From Eledone cirrhosa (Eukaryota), in assembly GCA_964016885.1 (NCBI GenBank), contig OZ024744.1, positions 87,420,001 through 87,484,000 on the forward strand: a stretch of 64,000 nt of DNA, in the 5' to 3' direction. This document shows positions 1-12,257 of this stretch, piece by piece. The notes under the pieces are model-generated. The model was not told the origin of the DNA, made no database searches, and saw nothing but the letters and a program-made list of their open reading frames with translations. Within the stretch, counting starts at the first letter, position 1; every line of letters starts with the position of its first letter. The position numbers and the translations under genes were made by a program.

Positions 1-852
1 TAATCTCGCAGACAGAAATGCTGGTTGCAATGCGACTCCTAATTGTCTCTTCTAATTTAGTTACTAACTCGAAATCCGTTTTATCTTTTTCTATAGTTAC
101 TTTTTATTGATTCTTCTCTAAAGACTCTGTTGAAAGCACCCCACCACCTATTGTTGACGACTGCCCCTGTCAACTGGTGCTTTACTAATGTGCAAATCCG
201 GTTGCTTTACGCTTCACGCGCCGAGAACGATGCGTTAAGCTTCCAGTAACAGGGTCTCTGCCTACGAGTTCTATTTGTCGATCATGTAGAGCACGAATTT
301 GAAATTATAGACACCCGTTGCCATCCCTATCTGATAATTTAATGAAATCCTATCTAAAACGATATTGATGACACTATGCGATGGATGAACTCTGGTAAAT
401 TGGAGGATTCAAGTGTGTACCTGTCAGATAGAAGAGATCAGGTTCTTGAGGTTTCTGCACCACGCGCTTCTATCTGCTACTCCCACACAGTCCCAGCGTC
501 ATCCAAGAAAGCCGGTGATCCAGCCCCAGTCGGGGCGTAGAAGATCTACAGTCTATAAACACCACTTTCGTTATTGCTCGTGACCAGAACCGCCAAGTTA
601 ACTCCCGAGTCCAGGAAGATCGTTCAGGCCCTACTTAAACAGCCATGTCAAACGATTCTCATCCCAGATCGATTAATCGATGCACTGATCTATGTCGTCT
701 AAAGTGAGGTCTATAGCAAGTGTGTCGTAAATCCTGGTCTCGCCGAAGGCAGTCACATCCATAGCTAGTACCCGAGATCGTTGAGCGCAATCGTTGCTTC
801 TAAGACGACCTCAGTCCACGTACATCTACATACCTTAATCTTAAATTGCCAT
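1..852 (-). pseudogene. Tx1/L1-like LINE ORF2 N-terminus (APE endonuclease), decayed, runs off the window start
   Basis: Minus-strand reading gives DVRGLRSS, DVTAFGETRI, LDRI and PCYWKLNASF, matching L1/Tx1 APE motifs (NVRGL, ETR, YWKLN). Multiple stops and frameshifts. Confidence 0.75.
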
Positions 853-1760
853 GTTGCCTAGTTAGTTAAGAGAAAACACAAGCAAGGGGTTTCTACTTAC
901 CATCTGCTTGCTGTAGGAGATCGGGTGGTTCAACCTTCATATCTGGTGGGGTTTCCTTTAGGAACCCCTTTGGAAGCCCACTCGTGGGTTTTATATTAGG
1001 AGTTCCCACGTCGTGGAAAACCCTCTCCCTAATGATTTTGTAGGCAACTACCGACATTCCCACCATTGTTTAGTGATTTTTGAGTCACTTTATATGTACT
1101 CGAACCGACAATCTCTGAGCCTTCCCCAATGACCTCAATTCGTGTTATGAGGGACATTAGTTCTTTATTTGCCCTTCTCACTAACATGAAGTTTTGTGTA
1201 CGTGCGTTTTTTGCTGTTGGTTTTGTGTGTTTGGGGGTTTTCTTTTGTGGTTCATTGCGGTTCTGGTAGGGTTGATGGTCCTGTTTATTTTGGTTGTGTT
1301 TTCAGTTGGGGGTGGAGTGGATTTAGTGTTTGGTATGGGTGCGTTTTGTGTTTTCGGGAGTGATTTCTGGTGTCTGGTAGCGTGTGCTATCTGATTTTTG
1401 TGTGTCTGCTTTTTAGCTTTTTTATGTTTGTCTGGTTCCTCTTCTCTTTTTTGGGGAGATGAGGAGTTCCATATGTCTGTTAAGGTGTGGTTGGAAGTAT
1501 GTTTATGTCTTCGTGTGTGTGTATATGTTTAGAGAGCGTAAAGAGAGAAGGAGAACGAACATTCTTGGCGGAACCCCAAGGGTTTTTTTTTTTTAGTCTG
1601 TTGTTGATATTGATGGTAGTTTAGTTGCTGCTGTTGGTGGTGTTGTTGGTTTTGTTAGTCCGGGAGTTGCTGGTGGTCATATGTTTGTGAACCCTGAAGC
1701 CCTGTTGTTGGCAGCAATGGTACTCTGTGGTCGCTCGCTCTCTTCCGGAGAGAGCAGAAA
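853..1760 (-). mobile_element. ORF1/spacer remnant of the same Tx1-like LINE
   Basis: Low-complexity T/P/K/Q-rich minus strand directly upstream of the APE, with the same compositional style as ORF1 at 38120-38700. Confidence 0.45.
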
Positions 1761-2808
1761 GCTCTTAGGAACATATAAGACATTTCTAATAACCTTCTGA
1801 AGGAATTTGAGAATCAATAGATGGATCTATGATTTTAGGGGAGACTAAACATATTTGAAAGACTAAGTGAATGAGTAATATTGGAAATGGTGTGTTTATT
1901 TGTGGAAATATTAAACAAATACAAAATGTTTGCAGAAAACAAAAACGTTTCGCATACAAAACTTATTTTCATTGTCTCATCTGGTATACTATCTGGTATA
2001 TTATCTATCAGCGGTTCCATATTTCCAGCAGACCGACTTGCATTGAAAATATTGAAATTGTATCCACCTTCAGGTTGAGATATTTAGATTTTGTGTATGG
2101 TGCAAAATTTGTTCCAACCTAAAGGAACAACTGATAGTAATCATTTCAAAATCCATTTTATTTGCAGCTTTTTATTAGCATGATGCTTATTTTCATTCCT
2201 GTGTTTGTTTGTTTGTTTGTGTGTGTGTCTTTGTATGTGTATATGCATGTCTGTGTGTGTCTGTGTGTGCGTCCATTTCTTTTTCTCTTTTATATGTTTG
2301 CTATGGGATTAGTTGTTAACATTTTTTTTTATTATTATTTTCATTCGTGCCATCATTTTTTTTTTTCTTTTTGTGTTTCTAAATGATCGAGAATTTTGAG
2401 AGAAATAAAAATCTTTATTAAGTTAACTTAAAATTATATTAGTTCAAAATAACAATAACAAAACTGAACTCCTCAGCAATGAACTGATTCTCCAGGGAAT
2501 CTTAGTCACGGGTTTTATAATAGAGATCAAATCTATCAATAATATTAATAATGAGAAGACGACTAACAGTTAGTATGATAACGACGATGTCGGCGATGAT
2601 GATTATTTTAATGAGGAAAATTATTAGAATGAATATGGCGACGAGGGCGATTGTGGCAATGGTTCTGGTAGTAGTGATCATGGCGTGTGTGTGTTCGCCT
2701 GAGTGTGCGTGTATGTGCGAGTTCTGGTAGTGATAGTTGGGTTGGGGTGTATTTGTGGTGTTACTAATACTGCCGCTGGTGATGATTATAATAGCATGAA
2801 AGACTAAG

Positions 2809-3224
2809 AATAATATCGGTTTCTGATTTAGGCAGAAGGTCGAATATTTGAGGTGAGGGGGAAAGGTGATTAAATCGACCCGAGTGCTTTACTGCTATTT
2901 CGTTTAACAAACCTGTAATGATGAAAGGCAAAGCTAACACCAGCGGGATTTGAACTCAGAACGTTAAGGAACGTAACCATATGCCACAATGCATGTTGTC
3001 CGACGTTCTACCGATACTGCTAGTCCACCTAATAACTGTTTCTACTTTTGACACAAGACCGGCAATTACCCCAGTGCATTACTGGTACTTTATTTTATGG
3101 GCCCCAGTAAGGATGGAAGGGAAAGTTAACCTCGGCAGGATTTGAACTCAGAACTTAAATGGTCGTAACTTTATGCTGAAAAGCATGGCGTCTGACGCTC
3201 TAACGATACTGCCAATCCACCGCC
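2809..3224 (-). mobile_element. Two tandem tRNA-derived SINEs (octopus OR2-like)
   Basis: Reverse complement of the family seen intact at 58157-58345 (B-box GAGTTCAAATCC, ctttgcctttcatc core, ggccttgtg tail). Confidence 0.8.
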
Positions 3225-3252
3225 AATAATCATGAAAAAATAGTAGTAGTAT

Positions 3253-3308
<56 letters not shown>

Positions 3309-3637
3309 ACAATAACAAAAGCAACAACAGCAACAGCATCAGCTCTAACAATAATGAATTATGAATGATGAATTGATAAAAGTATAAAAATAATATAGCA
3401 AAATAAAATTTAAAAAAATACAAATTACGAAAGGAAATATAACATGAAGAGGAATGAATATATAAATAATTAAAATCATAAAGGCATAAATAAATAAACA
3501 AAATAATGAAAAAGAAATAGGATTTAGTTACATTGAAATATCATTTGATATGTGATATCCTTAAAACCAAGCGGAAACCATTATAAGCAATTTATCGAGT
3601 GGGTAAAATAAGTGTATGAGCATACAAAATACATTCA

Positions 3638-3674
<37 letters not shown>

Positions 3675-3710
3675 TATATATATTTATTTTTATATATATA
3701 TATATATATA

Positions 3711-3897
3711 ACGAAGGATGTGTGGTAAGGAACCAGATGGACCGTAACGCACCAGAGTACTCAATACTTAGGATAGTAGAGTGGGTAATAGGAATAAGTT
3801 TGACCCCGACGGCAGAGCTCAAGCCGTTTCGACGGCTATTTCTGGACTAGAAATAGTCATCGAAACGCCTTCAGCTCTGCCGTCGAGGTCAAACTTT
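3711..3897 (-). mobile_element. Foldback element in (TA)n carrying hammerhead 3' halves (family P)
   Basis: ~100-bp imperfect palindrome 3797-3895 plus a unique arm 3711-3796, homologous to 28127-28322 in opposite orientation. Confidence 0.8.
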
Positions 3898-3899
3898 TT

Positions 3900-4502
<603 letters not shown>

Positions 4503-4887
4503 ATATTTAATTCGATAAATAATGACTATGCCTTTAACAGACAAGAATATAATTGTTATTCATTTCAAATTATTTTATCGTATTTTATATTTAGAACATA
4601 TATTTGTTGTTATTTCTATTTTATTTTTTCTTTCAATTTTTGAATATTTATTGTTTTGTGTGTCTGTGTGTGTGTGTGTGTGTGTGTGCGTATGTGTGTG
4701 TTTGAATCTGATATTGAAGATGGTGATGCGCTCTTGATGCTGCTGGTGATTATGTTGTTGGTGGGACTAAAGATGTTGATCATAGTTGATAAAGATGGTG
4801 ATGATGTTGTTGCTGGTGGTTGCGTTGTTGTTAGTGTCGATAGGGATGACACATTTGCTGATGGTGATAATGGAGACGATAATAAAA

Positions 4888-5365
4888 ATAATTGTTTCTA
4901 CTTTTGGCACAAGGCCAGCAAATTACTCAGTGTATTGTTGGTACTTTATTTTATCTACCTCGTAAGGGTGAAATGCAAAGTTAACCTTGGCGGGATTTGA
5001 ACTCAGACCGTAAAGGGACGTAACTGTGCTGGAAAGCATGGCGTCCGACCTTCTACTGATACTGACAATCCCCCCGCCCTGATGATAATAATAATGGTTT
5101 CTAGTATAGGCATTAGGCCAGCAATTTTATGGGAGATCATAAAGGGCCGTAACTCTATGCTGGGAGATGATAATAATAATGGTTTCTTATATAGGCACAA
5201 GGCCAGCAATTTTGGAGGGAGAGGAAAGTCGATTAAATAGACCCCAGTGCGTGACAAGTACTTTATTTTATCAACCTCGTTAGAATGAAAGGCAAAGTAA
5301 ACCTCGGCGGGATTTGAACTCAGATCATAAAAGGCCGTAACTCTATGCTGGGAGATGATAATAAT
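4888..5365 (-). mobile_element. Cluster of OR2-like SINEs (one near-complete 4888-5078, plus partials)
   Basis: Same diagnostic blocks as 58157-58345. A ~45-bp block is duplicated at ~5133 and ~5322. Confidence 0.8.
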
Positions 5366-5883
5366 AATAACGCTGATGGTGATATTAAGCTTAATCTTGA
5401 TAAATTCCATGATTTTCTAAAAACGTGGATACTTTCTTTATTGATGATGTTGTTGTATGTTTAATGGTTGGTTCGTTCGTGATTGTGGATGAGAGGATGG
5501 TGTTCGTTTTGGTTCAGGTGATAATGGTGGTGCCCATGGTAATTATGGTAATGTTGGGGTACATGTTGATGATGATGGTGATGACGATGATGTTAATATT
5601 GTCGGTGTTGATAGTGCTGGAAATGGTGGTAGTTCTTGTAGCGACGGTGCTAATGTTGGTTGAATGTCGTGGCTAAGATAGATAGAGATGTTTTGTGTCT
5701 GGCAAGGTTTAAGTTCAACACAGAATTTCAACTGTATAGAACATACTGATTAATAAGTCGTTGATTAATCTCTGATAAAGTAGAAAACCTAAGAGAACAA
5801 CACTGATTGGCTGTCCCAGAGAAAGTCCACGGTGCAACAAAGCCCATGTATCGAAGATCGAAATGATATTTTAAAAGATTTAG

Positions 5884-5924
<41 letters not shown>

Positions 5925-5925
<1 letters not shown>

Positions 5926-8205
5926 TTTCTTATTTTACCGTCCGTTCCCTAAACCCCAGCCAGCTGGAGCGTATGAGGAAGCGCATATCGCACTTTTTTA
6001 AGCAACACGGCTTATCCGTGACAATAGATCCTAGCACTAAAACAGTGAATTTCCTGGACGTTACCCTGGAAATGAATACGGGCATCCACCGGCCTTATCA
6101 CAAGCCCAATGAGAACCTGCAATATGTGAACAGGCAATCGAACCGCCCCAAGTCAGTCATAGAAGCTATAGTTAAAGAGGTATCGAAACGCGTATTCACC
6201 CTGTCGGCCAACGCAGACGTGTTCTGCAAGTACGCCGACTATTATAATAAGGCACTACGCAGGGCCGGTTACACAGAGAGCATAGTGTACACCACGGACA
6301 GGGAAGAGCCTAGCGCCAGGGCATGCGGATACGGCAATAGCAGTGGCACTTCCATAGGTAGAAGAAACGACCCGGTACTAGCCCCCAAGAACACGAGTAG
6401 CAGCATAGAACACAGTAAAGACACACGACCGACAATAGGACAGACGAAGACCCACACGGGTGATATACCACCTAGAACACGCAGACAAGAGCCTGGCACA
6501 CACACCACATGTGTCGCGAAAACTAGAACTCGGGACATGGTAAGGACAAATACGGCCGTGGCACCCGGTAGAGGAAACACCCGGCCCGATAGCAATGGTA
6601 TAGCCCTGACAACAGTACCTCATGGCATTAACGAGACTAACAGTATAGCCGACAAAAAAAACCCAGAATACCTTAGTAAGCAAAAGGCGTAACCCTGACG
6701 CCCATAGTAGACATATAGATAGTGACAACATAGGGGACGTAGTTATGGGCGGGCAAAACCCGAGACGGACACCAGACCCAATACACACTCACGCTGCTAC
6801 ATACACAAGAAAGAAGAAGACTAGATCTAAGACCGTTCCATGGTTAAACGCGCCATATTCTAAGCATCTATGCAGCAATATACGAGGCCTCTTTTTCCGA
6901 GCGTTAGACGAATGCTTCCTGCCGTCGAAGAGATACCACAAGATTTTCAACCGCCACACGGTGAAGTTTTCCTTCTCCACAGCATCTAACATGGACGACT
7001 ACATGGCCAAAACCAACGCGGCGTAGATGGGGAATCCCGACCGTCAACCGCGGCGGCAGAATGACCGTCCATCGGAGCACGGAGGGAATGAGTGGCGGAG
7101 GAGAGACCACCGTGTCGGCGGAACAACACCCTGAGAATCTGGAGAGGGTCCTAGGAGATCAGGGGCCAGGCGTCCGAAACGAACAACATAACGACAGAAC
7201 GGGTAACCGCAGGGAAGATGCCTGACGAAGGGCCTGGTATATAAATGTGTGGTTAGCACACACAATATGAAGCGCAGCTACATCGGTGCAACATCCACTA
7301 CCTTTAAATAGTGGATGTTTATACATCCGCGATGTATAAACTCTTTCAAGGACCGGTATAAGAGACATTCTACTAGGCTGGCAGACCTAGTGTGGGACTT
7401 GAAGGACAAGGGCACCGCGTATGCCCTTGACTGGAGTATCTTCCGGCACGCGAATGCATACTCGGCTGGAAACAGAAAGTGTAGGCTATGCCTATATGAG
7501 GCCATGAGATAGTCAGACTGAAGGATGATGCGGTCAACCTGAAATCGGAAATAATCATGACCTGCAGACACCCGAGAAGGTGCACACTCTCCGCATGGAA
7601 TCCACCTGGAAGCCTAGGCTAAAGGCATGCGGCGGAGTGTGCGCCGACCAGAGCGGCGAAACGGGTTCTAGGGATCAGACAACATACCCTGATGACTATA
7701 TACGCCCCGTGGGGTAAACCGAAATAACCCGGGATGCATACACGACTCTGCACGTCACCCTAGGAAAGAACATAGCCCGAGCCGGTGCAGGACGAACCTG
7801 ATTCCATTGACTTCCAGTCAAATGCATTACACCTATAGGACAATGTACCTCAATCACAGTGACATACTCCAGTATGGCCGGTCCACGCACCCCCATGCAT
7901 GTGTATCTTTTCAATACAGAGACCATACTCTCCACGTATCCCATCTTGTAACACATATTATATTGTCTGTATATGCTTCTTGTAATAATATCTTGTACGC
8001 ATATACATTCCTCATTCTTTTTATATATCTCTTTGGGACATTATATCTACACCTTTAATATATTGCATGTTTATTTTTTTATATATGTGTAAGATTATAT
8101 TGTTTATATATGTGCATGCTTATAACAAAATGCATCATTCATGCATGACCAATTGTATGATCCATTGTGTATCCTTATATAGCCTTGTGTATATACCCTA
8201 TTTGT
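5925..8205 (+). mobile_element. 5'-truncated Penelope-like element, Naiad-type (RT C-terminus, long linker, GIY-YIG endonuclease, 3' UTR), decayed
   Basis: RT thumb KTVNFLDVTL...RPYHKPN...YVNRQSN, then WLNAPYS...YHKIFNRHTVKFSFS, then VYKC...YIGATSTTFK and C-terminal CRLCLYE...NLKSEIIMTCRH. Flanked by (TA)n on both sides. Confidence 0.9.
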
Positions 8206-8345
8206 GTATATATATATATATATATACACTATAAATTATGTCCATAGAATCATTTGATAATATATATACACCATTTCCTCTCCCAATTAGCATAATCAAG
8301 CAAACAAAAAAACAATTAAACCAGGCTATAAGATTAAAAGGCACC

Positions 8346-8398
<53 letters not shown>

Positions 8399-8629
8399 GA
8401 GCGAGTCTATATCTGTGTCTGTATATGGGCATGTAGGCAGGCATCTGTGTATGTGTATGTCTATAGTTTTTTTTTTATGTCCTTAAGTAAGTGTGTTTGT
8501 GTGTAGCGGGATTCTATGTGGACGGATTGTTTTCTTTGAGATTGTGTGTGTGCGCGTGTATGTGTATATATGTGTGTGTGTGTGCGCGTGTATGTGTATA
8601 TATGTGTGTGTGAGTGCGCGCGTGGACGT

Positions 8630-8944
8630 GTGAACTACCAAACCCAGTAGTAATTCATCGAAATGCGGCAGAATGGTCAGCCGAATTGGCACCTGTTGGT
8701 CAGATTTACAATGACGTAGAAAAGCAGCAGCCAATAACGGGACGCGCAAGAGGAAGTTTTTTTGACGCCAACACCCCAGTAAAGGAAATTGCTCCGAAAG
8801 CATTTGACGCGTCCGAAGAGCCCGCAGGCCCAGAGTCAGACAAGATCCGTGCAATAATCGTGGCTCGAGCTGTCCGCCGGCGAAACAATTGTAACACACG
8901 ATAAATTGATTTCAGATACATCACTTATTTTTCGTTTTATATTT

Positions 8945-8945
<1 letters not shown>
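8630..8945 (+). mobile_element. Non-coding HHR-bearing element (family L); homologue at 40835-41010
   Basis: Aligns by eye with the reverse complement of 40835-41010 and ends in (TA)n. Confidence 0.7.
8809..8897 (+). ncRNA. Type I hammerhead-like motif with CCGAAGA core and long loop II
   Basis: gcgt-CCGAAGA-gcc...ggc-GAAAC-AATT-GTA-acac. Palindromic stem III. The homologue has gtgt/acac stem I. Confidence 0.6.
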
Positions 8946-8981
<36 letters not shown>

Positions 8982-8983
<2 letters not shown>

Positions 8984-9576
8984 CATGTACTGGTGACATG
9001 TATCCCAGAACAACCTGTCTCATGGTCGGGTCGTTGGCGACTAAACTGGCAACCACACCATGGTTTCTTGGTGAGAACGGTGACTTTGGACATCCTGAAG
9101 GACTAAAAACAAAACCTGTCAAAGGGCAAAGGAGCTCTTAAGAGTCAATGGCCATCCAAAATCACCGGGAGAGATGACCCCTTAGCCTTTATCAAGGCAG
9201 AATTCTATGAGAAGGAAAACTCTGATATAACACCTGCAACCCTGATGGGATCCAATGATGTTGACATGTTCTTCTTTTTGGTAAATATCATCTTGGTTAA
9301 GAGAGGGGGACTGGCTTTGTGCAGTGCCTTTGCTCACTATAAAAGCTTCACGGCACAGGCATTGCTTTATATCTGGAGATCTCTCTGCACTTGTCGTCAC
9401 ATGGTACCCTGGGCCCAGCACTATGTGTCAATAATTGTGACAAGTGTAGTGTTTGTACCAGAGTTTTCAAGTCGCTGGCTGGACTAAAAAGTCACACTCG
9501 TTCAGCGCATCGGTAGGAGCTCTCCTACATGGATATAAAGTAGTGGCGGTACTCGAAAACGAGTTGGCAGCCACCA
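8982..9576 (+). mobile_element. Non-autonomous RTE-derived bipartite element (family R)
   Basis: Near-identical to 30806-31386. The 3' part encodes CSVCTRVFKSLAGLKSHTR, an RTE-type C2H2 finger remnant. Confidence 0.7.
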
Positions 9577-9593
9577 TATATATATATATACAT

Positions 9594-9729
<136 letters not shown>

Positions 9730-9948
9730 GATAACAATATATCGTTAAAGGTAATCCGATAAGAGGTTGTGAAACTACTTATCATGTATAGTTTAAGCGT
9801 ACGGTGCTGTGTGACTCAACAAGAGGTTTGCGTGGATGACGAGTTTATGACTTCACTTGTATTTCTGTGTAAGTACATCTTGGAGTAATAAAATTGAAAA
9901 AGTGAAGAATAACATGGTCAACAGTATAAACAAGGAATTTATTTACAG

Positions 9949-10045
9949 TCTAACAATTGTTTCTATGATGGAGTTGTCTAAAAATTGCTAAATACTGAAG
10001 TTAATGGCACTCAATTTAAAATACATGCAATCTTTTCGTCAGAGA
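9949..10045 (-). ncRNA. Type I hammerhead with long loop II (family X; element ~9729-10048)
   Basis: Minus strand tct-CTGACGA-~75 nt-GAAAC-AATT-GTT-aga, followed by AATAAA. Homologous to 45639-45744. Stem II pairing is poor in this copy. Confidence 0.65.
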
Positions 10046-10751
10046 ACCGAGAAAAAATACAAAATATATGCGTAACGGTAAATTTATAAATTCAAATTAC
10101 TACATCAATAATAATATTAATAATAAAGATATAGAGAGAAATAAAGGAAGGGGGACAGATGGAGAAGAGGGGGAAAAGAAAAACGAAAGAGAAAACGAAA
10201 ATACAGATAAATGCATAACCGGCAAAATTACGAAATCAAACTATCACATCAAAATAAAGATAATATTAATAATAAAGAGAAAAGAGGGGGATAGAGTATT
10301 AGAGGTAGAGAAGAAAAAGAAGGATGAATAAGGAAAAAGAGAAAGAGATAGAGAAAGATGAAGAAAGAAAAGGAAAGCAGGTAGAGACAGTAATTGTTGA
10401 TGAATACAGGCAGAGATAGGATGGATAGAAGGAGGACGAGAAACAGACAGACGAATATACATTAAAACAAGAATGAAAGCAAGTAAAAAATAGAGATTTA
10501 AGTATAGAAACAAATAAATAAATAAATACATAAATAAAAGGATAGATAAATAAATGAACAGATAGATGAGTAAATAAACAATTTACATCTATTGTTATAT
10601 AAAATGGTATAGTATCTGAAACGTAGAGATCAGAATAAATAAATAAATAAATGCGTTGAAGAGACTAATAAGAGTAGTATTAATGTTGTTAATTTTATTG
10701 CGAAAGGTTATTGGTGATTATTAAATATCGATAATGTAAAGTTGTAAATAT

Positions 10752-11450
10752 TCCGCTACAGGGAACTGTCTAATGAAAGGCATCGTATATTAAAGTGTGG
10801 TTGACCGCACAACACAAAGCACATCTACATCGGTACAACATCCACGACCTTTAAGTCGGGGATGTAGAACCATACGAATTTTTTCAAGGACAGGGCAGTG
10901 AGGCACTCCGCTAGCCTGGCGGACTTAATCTGGGGCTTGAAAGATAGTGGCACAGAATACAAACTCAACTGGAGTATTATTCAGTGTGCAGATGCATAGT
11001 CAGCCGGTGAGAGACGGTGCAGACTATGTCTACTGAAGTCATGGAGATAGTCAGATTAAAAGGTAGCGCAGTCAACCTGAAATCCGAGGTCATCATGACA
11101 TGAAGGCATCAATGGAACTGCACATTTTCTGCACTGGAATTCCCGGATAATTATAGAGTGGACCCCGTGGAGGAACGACCGGTATTACGTGACGTATTCT
11201 TACGTACCTCATTTATTTCACCTCAAGAACCTCAGGCCGTTTATATCTGCCAAATCACACCTCGGATTGGGGACCACATAATACTGAATATATGAGATAA
11301 TGTAGTGGTATGAATATCGGGGTATATTGTCTGGAGCATGTCAACCCTAAAGTTGAACCTAGTTTGGTTGTGTACCTGTGCGCCGTTAACAACGTTTCTA
11401 TTCATTGACTGGACATAACGGCAAAGTATTTTACCAGATACCCACATATT
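10752..11450 (+). mobile_element. Second Naiad-type PLE remnant (GIY-YIG and 3' UTR)
   Basis: GNCLMKGIVY...YIGTTSTTFK...SLADLIWGLKD...CRLCLL...NLKSEVIMT, homologous to 7210-7600. Ends in (TA)n. Confidence 0.85.
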
Positions 11451-11480
11451 TTTTTTTATATATATATATATTTTTATATA

Positions 11481-11546
<66 letters not shown>

Positions 11547-11739
11547 TAGCGAGGTTTTTTATATGAAATCGTGTGTTTGTGTCTATATTGTATCTGTATT
11601 ATTTTTGACCGTCGGTCAGTCAATGGCAACATTGAGGACCGAGTAAGTTAGATCGCAGATATAAAAGACAGCGAGAAGTGAAAACCAACCAAACAGTGAG
11701 TGTGTTCTGTTATTAATTCTGGCAATATTACGCAAGTAT

Positions 11740-11819
<80 letters not shown>

Positions 11820-12070
11820 AGTAAGTATGTTTTGAAACAGTGAGCAGGTTTGAAATTAGAAAATAGAATAGCTTTCACCGTATTTTTGACTAAAGGAACT
11901 TTAGCCTGATAATGGGGTTTAGAACCCTCAGATAAATGGAAAAAGATGAGTATTGACGTACATATATATACGTAGATATGTATATGTACATATATATGTG
12001 TATATATATATATATATATGCATATATATATATACGCATGTGAGTAAGTGTGTGTATGTATGTACATATA

Positions 12071-12120
<50 letters not shown>

Positions 12121-12197
12121 CGTATATATATAAGTGTGTAGATGTAGATGTATATGTGTGTGCGTATAAGTGTATGTGTGTGTATATATATGTGTGG

Positions 12198-12252
<55 letters not shown>

Positions 12253-12257
<5 letters not shown>

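Noticed and set aside
5783-5812. tct-CTGATAA-agta-GAAA-ac-CTA-aga as an HHR
   Set aside because: No stem II, and the core is defective.
9182-9487. 79-80 aa ORFs recurring at 9182, 22878 and 30990
   Set aside because: Recurrence reflects near-identical repeat copies. No domain is recognisable in these frames.
11860-11940. HHR-like strings on both strands with two hairpins
   Set aside because: Stem I does not pair and the cores are defective on either strand.
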